Shown here: piece by piece, positions 37,700 through 46,700 of the stretch
Position numbering within the stretch: position 1 is the first letter of the stretch
Layout: each line of letters opens with the position of its first letter
Origin: Candidatus Saccharimonadota bacterium
GTDB taxonomy: Bacteria > Patescibacteriota > Saccharimonadia > Saccharimonadales > SLHW01
NCBI GenBank assembly: GCA_050486305.1
Contig: JBJHDA010000001.1
Coordinates: forward strand, 435,071 to 499,070
DNA length: 64,000 nt
Direction: 5' to 3'
Program-made: the position numbers and the translations under genes
Notes under the pieces: generated by a model
Seen by the model: the letters and a program-made list of their open reading frames with translations, nothing else
Databases searched by the model: none
Told to the model about the DNA's origin: nothing

Positions 37700-38455
37700 T
37701 TACGTTAGTTTCTCCCACAAAATCTGAAAGGCCATCTTGTGCATGTTTACCACGCCTTCGTCTTCTAGTAAGACGCCATACGGCTCCTTGGTTTTTGATA
37801 TAGAAAAGATCGCTATTTTATTGGCGTATATAACCGTATAGCTCGTTGGGTCTAGTACGGTCTCCTTTACATACTTGCGTTCAGAAAACTCAGACTCTCC
37901 CCCGCCTTCTCCTACAGCAATCACGTGGGCATAAATGCCATACCGCACCCGACGCTTCGTATAATCTTCAAAAAACCGATACAGCTCCTGCCGGATTGAT
38001 TGGGAGGCATACACCCGTATTAGCTTTTCCTCTTCTTTTCTCATTGTGTTTAGAACATCTCGGAGCAAGGCTGTAATGCCATCATAGCCCTCGTACACGC
38101 CAATGCTTGCCTTGCCGAGCGCGGTCGATTTTATGCCTTTTAGTAATGGGATGGTGTTCTTCACATCACTTTTGGCGTATGTTAGCTCGTTTTCTTTCTG
38201 GCTAGCCAGCCGCATAAGAAACGAAGGGTCTTCTGCAGTGTAGCGAAGCTGCTTATTTGTCGGCTGGGCCTTCACAAGCCCCATATCTTGTAGCTTAATC
38301 AGCGAATTATAAACAACTCCACGATTCAGATTGGTTTGCTTGGCGATTTTCCGTACCGAAAGCTGCTCATATTGCAGTAACGCATAATAGACGCTAAAAT
38401 CCCTCGGCTCTAGGCCGAGAAACTGCAGTGTTGAGGGCGAAATAATATCATTCAT
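37700..38455 (-). CDS. TrmB-family transcriptional regulator
   Basis: N-terminal winged helix (FSVYYALLQYEQLSVRKIAKQTNLNRGVVYNSLIKLQDMGLV) plus a TrmB-type C-terminal domain. Confidence 0.7.
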   Translation of the reverse strand: MNDIISPSTLQFLGLEPRDFSVYYALLQYEQLSVRKIAKQTNLNRGVVYNSLIKLQDMGLVKAQPTNKQLRYTAEDPSFLMRLASQKENELTYAKSDVKNTIPLLKGIKSTALGKASIGVYEGYDGITALLRDVLNTMRKEEEKLIRVYASQSIRQELYRFFEDYTKRRVRYGIYAHVIAVGEGGGESEFSERKYVKETVLDPTSYTVIYANKIAIFSISKTKEPYGVLLEDEGVVNMHKMAFQILWEKLT

Positions 38456-38551
38456 TTTGTAACGTTTTACTATAGTTACTTCTTTGTTTTTGTCAATAAA
38501 TATATGCCATTTGTTATTGTACTTTACTAGCTACTCTCTCACGCTACATAT

Positions 38552-39466
38552 ATGGAGCGAGAGAACTCCAGGGAGACATACGACGGGAGGCGGCCGGGCT
38601 TAACGCAGCGGCAATATGTTACTGGTGGCGAAGAAGAATCAAACCTAAAGCGCCGCTGGCGGGCATACGACTTTATGATCGGCGGTAACACTTTCACCGA
38701 GGAGTACTTAGGCGCCCTTGAGGTATCACCCAACGAATCTGTTGCAGATATCGGCTGCAACGAAGGGCGAGACCTCGCCTACCTAAGACAGCTCGGGCAT
38801 GTCGGGCTATCTATCGGTATAGATGTAGACCCGCAGATCTTCGAAACGTCCCCGCACTACCGCAGCCAAGCACCAGAGCGACCCATCCAATTTATTAGCG
38901 CGCGTGCCGAAGCACTTCCGCTCGAACCGCGCTCGCTAGATGTTATCACCGCTTCTTTTATGCTTTATCACGTTGCCGAGCCAGACAAAGCACTACGCAA
39001 CATGAGTGAATGCTTACGGCCTGGCGGGCGGCTCGGCATCACAACAAGCGGCCCAAATAACAAGCCGAGACATAGAGCATTCGAACGCAAGATCGCTCAG
39101 CACCTCGGCGTAACGCCGCCGCCGCTGTTTAACGCATCCTTTGATAGCCATAAGTTACGTGACATCTACAGGAGCTGGCCAGGCCCAGCAACTGTGCACG
39201 GACTCGCCACATCAGAGTTCGATGACATGAAGCTACACGAAGAAAACAAAGCAATTCGCTTTACGAACGAAAGCTACGGTGCGTACATTGACTCGCTAGC
39301 GAGCATGCGCAGCGAATTTAACCCATCACTTGCAGATGACGACAGCGTCTGGCGCGAGGCAATCGAGGCAGTCGTTGAGCCAGAAATTACCGAGGCAATC
39401 AAATCTGCGGGGTATTTTGAAGATAGTGTAGAGCGAGCCTACTTAATTTGCAGAAAACGCACGTAA
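38552..39466 (+). CDS. Class I SAM-dependent methyltransferase
   Basis: Motif I VADIGCNEGRD and post-I/II motifs (ITASFMLYHV, LRPGGRLGITT). Confidence 0.75.
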   Translation: MERENSRETYDGRRPGLTQRQYVTGGEEESNLKRRWRAYDFMIGGNTFTEEYLGALEVSPNESVADIGCNEGRDLAYLRQLGHVGLSIGIDVDPQIFETSPHYRSQAPERPIQFISARAEALPLEPRSLDVITASFMLYHVAEPDKALRNMSECLRPGGRLGITTSGPNNKPRHRAFERKIAQHLGVTPPPLFNASFDSHKLRDIYRSWPGPATVHGLATSEFDDMKLHEENKAIRFTNESYGAYIDSLASMRSEFNPSLADDDSVWREAIEAVVEPEITEAIKSAGYFEDSVERAYLICRKRT

Positions 39467-39491
39467 AACTTGCTCCATCCGCCTCCGGCGG

Positions 39492-39551
39492 GAGCCTGGA
39501 AGGGCTCAGGGAGGGATGAAAAATGAATGCACCAGTCGACTGGTGCATTCA
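39492..39551 (+). repeat. Composite post-gene element: GAGCCTGGAAGGGCTCAGG mini-hairpin plus TGAATGCACCAGTCGACTGGTGCATTCA palindrome
   Basis: The mini-hairpin motif recurs at 35920, 37632, 54384 (inverted) and 56007 (inverted). The 28-bp palindrome recurs with one mismatch at 55942-55969. Confidence 0.75.
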
Positions 39552-39568
39552 TGATTTCATATCAAATA

Positions 39569-39898
39569 TCAATTATCAGATAGGCGGTACGCGACTGATT
39601 GTCCCGCATCGCCTATCTGCTGCGCCTTGCCCTCGGCTTCTAGTTCATTCATATACCGCACTACGGTATTTCGCGATACGCCTAGGGCATCACGAATGTC
39701 TTCGTTCCCCATTTCACCGTTTTCTTGCAGCAGCTCCAGTACCCGCGCCTTGCGCGCTTCTTTCTAGCTGGTCCGCTCCAGCGCCACCGCGCAAACCCCC
39801 ATCACATCACTGCTAACCTGCTTCACCCTCTCCTTCGTCGGCCGATGCACCAGCAAAAACAGAACGGCTACAGCCAGAGCAATAACAAGATAAATCAT
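39569..39898 (-). pseudogene. Small membrane-anchored winged-helix HTH regulator, interrupted by an in-frame TAG (copy 1, full length)
   Basis: Minus-strand translation: MIYLVIALAVAVLFLLVHRPTKERVKQVSSDVMGVCAVALERTS-TAG-KEARKARVLELLQENGEMGNEDIRDALGVSRNTVVRYMNELEAEGKAAQ... The TAG at 39764-39766 aligns with CAG (Gln) in the paralog at 41768-42010. Confidence 0.65.
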
Positions 39899-40006
39899 GG
39901 TTTGATTATACCAATCAATAAAAAGTATTGACTTATCGTTCATATTGTAGTATTGTAGTAGAAGGTTTCAAAAGTACCCCCTCCAAGTAACAACGAGGAG
40001 GATACT

Positions 40007-40672
40007 ATGTCTGAAAGACATACCACCAAAGCGCACATCAACCAGTCTCCGCAATCAAGCGGAGATTTTTTTGTGCCCAAAACCAAAGACCCAACCGAAC
40101 AACAAAAAAGCATCGTCATAACTGGCGGCCCATCAACTGGCAAAACCACCGCGCTCAAACACCTAAAAACAAAGCGCTCGGATCTCGCCTACATAGGCGA
40201 GGCAGCAACTATGGTACTATCAAGCGGTTTCCCAACGCCCGATGAAGAAAGGCCCTGGACGCAACGCTGGCAAAATTCGTTGCAAATCGCGATAGCCGGC
40301 ATGCAGCTCGGGCTCGAATCAGCCACACATGAATATGCATCGTCACCAGTCATACAAGACAGAGGTCTGCTCGACGGCGCCTCTTACCTTGAGCGAGGGG
40401 TCGATGAATTCGAAGAACTCATCGGCATAGACAGGCAGACCATGTTAAAGCGCTATCATGCAGTCATCTACCTCGGCTGGCTTACCACGCGCACATACAG
40501 CAATACCAACAACCCGCAACGGTTTGAAGATGAAAGCCGTGCAAAACACCTATCGGAGAAGGTCAGGCAATGCTGGGGAGGACACCCAAACCTTATCGAA
40601 ATACACGACCAAGACAATCGGGCGGCAAAGATCGAGAAACTACTCCCTGCTCTGCTAGGTGAACGACAATGA
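40007..40672 (+). CDS. AAA_28/NadR-like P-loop NTPase
   Basis: Walker A GGPSTGKTT, then VIQDRG (Walker B-like). 221 aa. Overlaps the next gene by 4 nt. Confidence 0.6.
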   Translation: MSERHTTKAHINQSPQSSGDFFVPKTKDPTEQQKSIVITGGPSTGKTTALKHLKTKRSDLAYIGEAATMVLSSGFPTPDEERPWTQRWQNSLQIAIAGMQLGLESATHEYASSPVIQDRGLLDGASYLERGVDEFEELIGIDRQTMLKRYHAVIYLGWLTTRTYSNTNNPQRFEDESRAKHLSEKVRQCWGGHPNLIEIHDQDNRAAKIEKLLPALLGERQ

Positions 40673-41799
40673 AGCCAAACAGCAAGCCAAAAAAGCTGCT
40701 GTGGGGTATCTGCGGCGTCGGTATGGGGCATGCCCACAGGCAGCTCCCTCTAATCCAGTACTTTTCAGTAAATCATCAAGTTGTAATTATCACATGCGGT
40801 GATTCGTATCACATGTACAAACAAGAGCTTAAAGGCAACGCGAAAGTCACCGTTGTGTACGCCCAACCGCCATATTTACCTGATGGGGCTTCAGGAATCG
40901 GTTTTAAAGAAGCGATTAACTTAGACCGTAATCAAAACATTGATTTTTTCAAAACTAGTGCCGAGGCATTTACCACACTGAACAACGTCATCAGTAGGCC
41001 AGACCTGGTGATTGGCGACTATAAGCCATATTGCGCCCAATATGCTTATGCTCACAATGCTCCCGTTATAACGTTCGACCAGCAGAGCAAGTATTTGTCA
41101 GGTGACTTCCCAGACTCAATTAGAGGATGCAGCTACTCCGGCGAAGTTATGCGACTACAAATGTTCTACCCAAAAGTAGAAGAACGGATTGCAGCCTCGT
41201 TCTTTAAGTTCAAATCGAAGCCTAACGCACCTGAAGTGACCATAGTGCCGCCGATAATCCGACAGAGCATTCAAGCAATCAAGCCTCAGAGAAAAAACGA
41301 CGGATCGTTGCTGGTATATTTATCTGAATACCCTGATTTGCTCAATGCCGTACAGTTACTAGAAGCACTTTCAAGACAGCACGATACAACAATAAAACTA
41401 TTCGCGAAAGGAGCCAAAAAATATAAGCACAAGTGTAGAAATCTAAAGCTCAGAGAACCAAACAATCAGGCGTTTGTTAATGCACTGAAAACATGTAGTG
41501 GCATAATCTGTACTGCCGGACATAGTTTATTGTCTGAAGCAATGTACCTCGGCATACCGGTCTATGCGCTCCCGCGTAAACAATACGAGGCACTCATGTG
41601 CGCTCGCGTCATTGCTGGCAACGGATTTGGTACAACCTCAACAATGCTCAATCAATCAAGCATAGCTAAGTTTATAAACAACCTGCATACATATCGCCAA
41701 TCAATTCATCAAAACTCAAACAATATATTACTGCGAACTGACGGCACCAGTGAAGTTATAGATATAATTAACCGCCACCTAGGACCTTGGAATAGTTAA
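40669..41799 (+). CDS. Glycosyltransferase (GT-B, MurG/GT28-C-terminal-like, TIGR00661-like)
   Basis: N-terminal GICGVGMGHAHR motif and C-terminal ICTAGHSLLSEAMYLGIPVYALP, typical of GT1/GT28 nucleotide-sugar binding. Confidence 0.6.
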   Translation: MKPNSKPKKLLWGICGVGMGHAHRQLPLIQYFSVNHQVVIITCGDSYHMYKQELKGNAKVTVVYAQPPYLPDGASGIGFKEAINLDRNQNIDFFKTSAEAFTTLNNVISRPDLVIGDYKPYCAQYAYAHNAPVITFDQQSKYLSGDFPDSIRGCSYSGEVMRLQMFYPKVEERIAASFFKFKSKPNAPEVTIVPPIIRQSIQAIKPQRKNDGSLLVYLSEYPDLLNAVQLLEALSRQHDTTIKLFAKGAKKYKHKCRNLKLREPNNQAFVNALKTCSGIICTAGHSLLSEAMYLGIPVYALPRKQYEALMCARVIAGNGFGTTSTMLNQSSIAKFINNLHTYRQSIHQNSNNILLRTDGTSEVIDIINRHLGPWNS

Positions 41800-42010
41800 T
41801 GTCTCTAGGAGGTGTAAGGGTTATTTCATCGTTTTCTTGCAGGAGCTCCAGCACCCGCGCCTTGCGCGCTTCTTTCTGACTGGTGCGCTCTAGCGCCACC
41901 GCACAAACCCCAACCACATCACTGCTAACCTGCTTCACCCTCTCCTTCGTCGGCCGATGCACCAGCAAAAACAGAACGACTATCGCTAGCGCAATTACGA
42001 TATAGATCAT
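41768..42010 (-). pseudogene. Truncated copy 2 of the TM-HTH gene (5-prime 188 bp conserved; the HTH part is replaced by unrelated sequence)
   Basis: 41823-42010 aligns with 39711-39898 at high identity. The ORF MIYIVIALAIVVLFLLVHRPTKERVKQVSSDVVGVCAVALERTSQKEARKARVLELLQEND then diverges and runs antisense into the 3-prime end of the glycosyltransferase gene. Confidence 0.6.
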
Positions 42011-42065
42011 ACCTCGAGTTTAACATTTACAGAAACTCAGCGATGCCAATACCTGATGATTGATA
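42011..42065 (-). repeat. Upstream/promoter segment U (copy A) of the TM-HTH gene
   Basis: About 55 bp, nearly identical to 43475-43529. On the minus strand it contains TTGGCA, then a TAAATG/TAAACT-like box, then GAGG before the ATG. Confidence 0.6.
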
Positions 42066-42140
42066 TCAGATGTTTGATGCTATGCTGTCGATATGAGTCT
42101 AGATGTAAATCAGATCATCTCATTCAGAGATACGTGTAAT

Positions 42141-43367
42141 CTAAGATGACATGTCGATTTCTTTCAAGTCTAGCTGAACCCTGTATTCCTTTAACTGAAT
42201 AATTTCACCTACAGGCTTGATGGCAGAGAGGAGCGTTTTATCGGCTTCACCTACGATGATGAGACCTCTTACTTTTTTACCGTTGGCTAACTGGTCTTTC
42301 ACCCAGCTTATGTAGTTAAGTATTTGGCCAACTACTTTATAACCTGATGAATCACGCTTGAGCTCAATTACAACGAAGTCACCGTTTTTATCTGTTGCAA
42401 GAATGTCAATTATGCCTACATCTGTTGTGTATTGTTGACCTGTATTTCCAACATCATCAACATACATTGATAAATCTTCACCAAAATTAATATTTGCCCA
42501 ATTATTAACAACGTACTCTTCCAGGTGTTCTTCTAGTGGCATAAAGCCGGTATAATCATCACTTACAGCGGATTTTAGTCTTGTGCTGTCGGGTTCAATC
42601 TGAATTTCATTTGAATCTTCTGGGTTTACTTCTTCAGCTTTTGAGTGTGAATACTGCCTAGCGGTTACAAAGATAACGTCTTGAGTAACCCATCTGAATT
42701 CTGAGTCTTTAAACTCTAGGCCATCAGTGAGCGATTCACGAATTTCTTTAAACTCAGCTCTTTGTTTAACTAATTTCCTAAGACCTTCAATATATTCGTT
42801 ATAAAGTTTGTATTGTTCACCTGGCGGAGTCTTATGAGGGATCTTGAATTCTGGGTTTATGAATCGTGAAAAGACCTTCCATTCTGCTGGCTTTAATGGA
42901 TTGTATAAGTCTGGGTACTTGAATCCTAACAGCAAAGATATAAACCGTAGGTTTATATAAGTATTAGCTGGAGGATGTCCATTTTTTTTGCTTCGTTTCT
43001 TTTCAAGTTCATCGAAAGCAGTCTTAGTTCTATTGATTCGTTCAGCAACATCTACATTGTTGTCAAACAGATGTTTCAGTATTTCGCGTGTTTCATCTGG
43101 GTAGTCTTCTGCATAGTGCATCAACATCCGTTTAGGAAAAAACATTGATCCCGCAACGAGGTTATTATTAAGTATTGAGTCGTCGATATTGCCAGCTAAA
43201 TCTAGAGATTCAATGTCAAAGTGTGTTTGAAAGTGATTTACTGATTCAAACTTATAGCCCTCATGCTGCTCAACGTGTTTCTGTATGCCGTGTTTACGAA
43301 CGTGATTAAGAAATATTCTTAGCCAATCGTTGTAGCGACTTGCCTCATCTTCCTTCACTGTATTCAT
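42141..43367 (-). CDS. PD-(D/E)xK nuclease-domain protein (NucS/DUF91-like C-terminus) with an unknown ~300-aa N-terminal region
   Basis: C-terminus TDVGIIDILATDKNGDFVVIELKRDSSGYKVVGQILNYISWV matches the D...(D/E)xK...Q..Y pattern of NucS-like nucleases. I do not recognise the N-terminal part. Confidence 0.6.
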   Translation of the reverse strand: MNTVKEDEASRYNDWLRIFLNHVRKHGIQKHVEQHEGYKFESVNHFQTHFDIESLDLAGNIDDSILNNNLVAGSMFFPKRMLMHYAEDYPDETREILKHLFDNNVDVAERINRTKTAFDELEKKRSKKNGHPPANTYINLRFISLLLGFKYPDLYNPLKPAEWKVFSRFINPEFKIPHKTPPGEQYKLYNEYIEGLRKLVKQRAEFKEIRESLTDGLEFKDSEFRWVTQDVIFVTARQYSHSKAEEVNPEDSNEIQIEPDSTRLKSAVSDDYTGFMPLEEHLEEYVVNNWANINFGEDLSMYVDDVGNTGQQYTTDVGIIDILATDKNGDFVVIELKRDSSGYKVVGQILNYISWVKDQLANGKKVRGLIIVGEADKTLLSAIKPVGEIIQLKEYRVQLDLKEIDMSS

Positions 43368-43393
43368 ACTAATGTCCTCTCAAATTAATAGTT

Positions 43394-43474
43394 TTATCGT
43401 ACTATACTATTCTCCGGCCGATGCAAAAATAAGAATGCCTCCACCAAAGCCAAAGCTACTAATAGATAAATCAT
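43394..43474 (-). pseudogene. Copy 3 remnant of the TM-HTH gene 5-prime end (26 codons), now a leader ORF upstream of the nuclease gene
   Basis: MIYLLVALALVEAFLFLHRPENSIVR-stop. It shares the MIY...LFLLVHRP start and the CGGCCGATGCA DNA segment with copies 1 and 2. Confidence 0.5.
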
Positions 43475-43529
43475 ACCTCGAGTGTAACAATAACAGAAAC
43501 TCAGCGATGTCAATACCTGATGATTGATA
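43475..43529 (-). repeat. Upstream/promoter segment U (copy B)
   Basis: acctcgagtgtaacaataacagaaactcagcgatgtcaatacctgatgattgata compared with 42011-42065. A few mismatches. Confidence 0.6.
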
Positions 43530-43624
43530 GCTATTCCGGTAGAGCAGATTATCTAAGGTGCTGGCGATTCAATACTGTAATCTGAATTGCTTATAATACT
43601 AAGCAGAAAGGAGGACATACAAAA

Positions 43625-43717
43625 ATGAGTGATATTGATAACAGCTACGAACTACAAAAGATTCGTGAAGCACTGCAAAGTATTGCTAGCACACTGAGCT
43701 ATATCGCGCACAAATAG
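43625..43717 (+). CDS. Small ORF (30 aa) with a strong RBS
   Basis: AAAGGAGGA lies 8 nt upstream of the ATG, with a TATAAT-like box at ~43592. Peptide MSDIDNSYELQKIREALQSIASTLSYIAHK. Not in the ORF track (under 60 aa). Confidence 0.35.
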   Translation: MSDIDNSYELQKIREALQSIASTLSYIAHK

Positions 43718-43740
43718 GATATTTTATTATTACGGATTTA

Positions 43741-46700
43741 TCATTTTGCCACTTCGCGGCTCCAGTCGTCGCCGAAGAGGTTGGCCTGTTCGAGTACTAG
43801 GTCGGTGGCCATTTTTTGTTGATCTGGTGGATAGCCGTATTGGTTGAGTAGCTTCTTTACTTCAATGCGTAGGCGGGCTTGGGCACTTTCACGAACTTGC
43901 CAGTCTACACTTACGTTCTTGCGGATTTTTTGTACCAGCATTTGAGCAAGCTCACGTAACTGAGCGTCTTGCATGACTTCTTTGGCGCTTTCGTTCATGA
44001 TAAGCGCATCGTAAAAGGCTACTTCGTCTTCGTTGAGTCCCTCTACCCTACCTGCTTCGCTTTCTGTACGGATCTTTTTGGCTAACTCTATAAGCTCTTC
44101 GATGACTTGGGCAGCTTCGATAGTTTGGTTACGGTACCGGGTCAGAGTTTCTTCAAGCATTTCCGAGAATTGCCGTTCACGCACTGCGTTTTTAGAGAAT
44201 TTGGCCTTAACTTCATCATTTAGTAGTTTTTGCAGAGCTTCGACGGCAAGGTTTTTGCGCTGCATGCTCCGCACTTCTTCTAAGAATTCATCAGATAATA
44301 TCGATAGGTTTGGCTTATCAAGTCCAGCGGCCGAGAATATATCTACGACGCCTACGGGAGTAATGGCTTTATCTACAATCTGCCGTATGGCTAGACGGTA
44401 ATCATCATCTGTTGGTCCGCCTCTGCGATCAACTTTATCTAGTCGAGCCTTTACTGCCTGGAAAAATGCGACTTGTTCGCGAATAGCTACTGCTTCTTCG
44501 TGTGGCATGGCCAGTGCAAAGGCCTTGCTTAGCTCCAGTACATGTTGCTTCAGCCGCTTCATGCCGTTTTCTTGCGCGAGTATGAATTCTTCTGCGTCGA
44601 GAATAATCTGCAGCTGTTCATTAGTGTCTGCCGTGAAGTAACGCATATAGTCGAAGCCATAAAAGAGATTTTGCACAATCTCAAACTTTTGTTTCATCAG
44701 CGCCACTGCCTCAGTGATATCGAGCGCTGGCTGGCCTTCGCCGCCGCTTTCGGTGTAATCGTTGAGCGCTTCTCGCAGTGCAGCCGCTACTCCCAGGTAG
44801 TCCACGACTAGACCTCCTTCTTTGCCAGGATATACGCGGTTCACTCGGGCGATGGCCTGCATGAGCGTGTGGCCTTTGAGCGGTTTGTCTAGATACATAG
44901 TGTGGAGGTTCGGCACGTCAAAGCCAGTTAGCCACATATCACATACAATCACCAGCTTTAGGTCGTTGCTCGGGTCTTTCATTCGCTCTGCCAATCGGCC
45001 TAGCTTGTCTTTGCTATGGATGTGCTTTTGCAGGCTGCCTTCATCATCTGCCGAGCCAGATATTATTACCTTGATAAAGCCTTCGTCTATGTCGTCTTTG
45101 TGCCACTCGGGTCGTAGCTGAATGATCTTTTCGTATAGATCAGCAGCAATACGGCGACTCATGGTTACGATCATTCCTTTGCCATCTATGGCTTCGAGTC
45201 TACCCTCGAAGTGCTTAATAATATCTTCTGCTATCAATTGCAATCGGTCACTATCGCCGACGATGGCTTCTTTTTGTGCAAACTCAGCTTTGAGTTTTTG
45301 CTGGCGGGTTGCTTCTTCGCCTTCTAGCAGATCGCCGACTTCTTTGTCGAGCCATTGCTTGGTTTCTTCGTCCAGGCCGAGGTCGATTAGTCGGCTTTCG
45401 TAATAAATAGGCACAGTTGCCTTGTCTTCTACGGCTTGGTGTACGTCATAAATGTCTACGTAGTTACCAAACACTGCTGGGGTAGAGCGGTCATCTTGTT
45501 CGATCGGTGTACCAGTAAAGCCGATGTAGCTGGCCTCTGGCAAGGCGTCACGCATATACTTGGCATAGCCATACACTAGCTGTGCGTCGCTTTGGCGGAT
45601 GCGAGCTTTTAGGCCGTACTGGCTGCGGTGTGCCTCGTCTGCGATCACGATGATGTTGGTACGTTCACTCAGGGTTGGTAGATGATCTTCATCCTCGCCT
45701 GGCGAGAACTTCTGGATAGTCGTAAAGATCACGCCGCCGGCATCGCGGTCTAGTAGTTCTCGTAGCTGCTTGCGAGTAGTTGCCTGTTTCGGCTTCTGGC
45801 GGAGTATGTCTTGGCAGCTAGCGAATGTGTTAAACAATTGACCGTCAAGGTCATTACGGTCGGTCACGATCACGAGCGTCGGATTCTTTAGCTCGCTAGA
45901 GAGGATGAGCTTGCCAGCATAGAACACCATACTAAGTGACTTGCCTGAGCCTTGGGTGTGCCAAACCACACCAGCACGGTGGTCGCTGTCTGGCTGAGCC
46001 GACTTTTTGGTGGAAGCAACGGCTTTGTTGACCGCCCAGTATTGGTGGTATGCGGCGACTTTTTTGATGTACTTTTCTTCTTTGAGTCCTTCGCGCTCAA
46101 AGACGATGAAGTGTCGGACTATATCAAGTAGCCGCGACTTATCAAATACGCCGCGGAGCATTACGTCTAGTTGCGGTACGTTGCTCTTTAGTTTTTCGCC
46201 CTCTATCGTCTTCCACGGCATAAATCGTTCCAGCTGGGCGGATATTGTGCCGAGCCGGGCTTCGTGCCCGTCGCTGATAACGCATAGTTCATTAAAGCGG
46301 AATAGTGAGCCAATCTGGTCTTTATATGTTTGTATTTGGTTGAACGCGCGCTTGACGTTTGCCTTTTCGCTGGCGGCATTCTTTAGCTCTATCACGACCA
46401 GTGGCAGACCGTTTACAAATAGCACGATGTCTGGGCGGCGATTGTGTTCACCCTCCACTACGGTAAATTGATTGACTGCCACAAAGTCGTTGTATTGCGC
46501 CTGATCAAAGTCAAATAGCTTAACTACTTGAGTGCGGATCGTTCCGTCGTTATCGCGATACTCTACATGCACTCCGTCTATTAGTAGCTTATGAAAGGCG
46601 TGATTATCTAGCACGAGGTCTGGGCTGTTACTGCGCAATGTTTTTTTGATAGCTTCTTGTCGGTCGGTTTCGGTTAGACTCGGGTTTATCCGCGCAACGG

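Noticed and set aside
39764-39766. Alternative genetic code (TAG sense) for the whole window
   Set aside because: All three stop codons terminate well-supported genes at the expected lengths, and UGA is also used as a stop (for example the TM-HTH gene itself). A single in-frame TAG is better explained by a pseudogene or an error.
39523-39931. Plus-strand ORFs (97 aa and 68 aa) across the TM-HTH locus
   Set aside because: They are antisense to a gene with a recognisable TM helix and winged-helix sequence that is conserved in two further copies. The plus-strand translations are Pro/Ala/His-rich nonsense.
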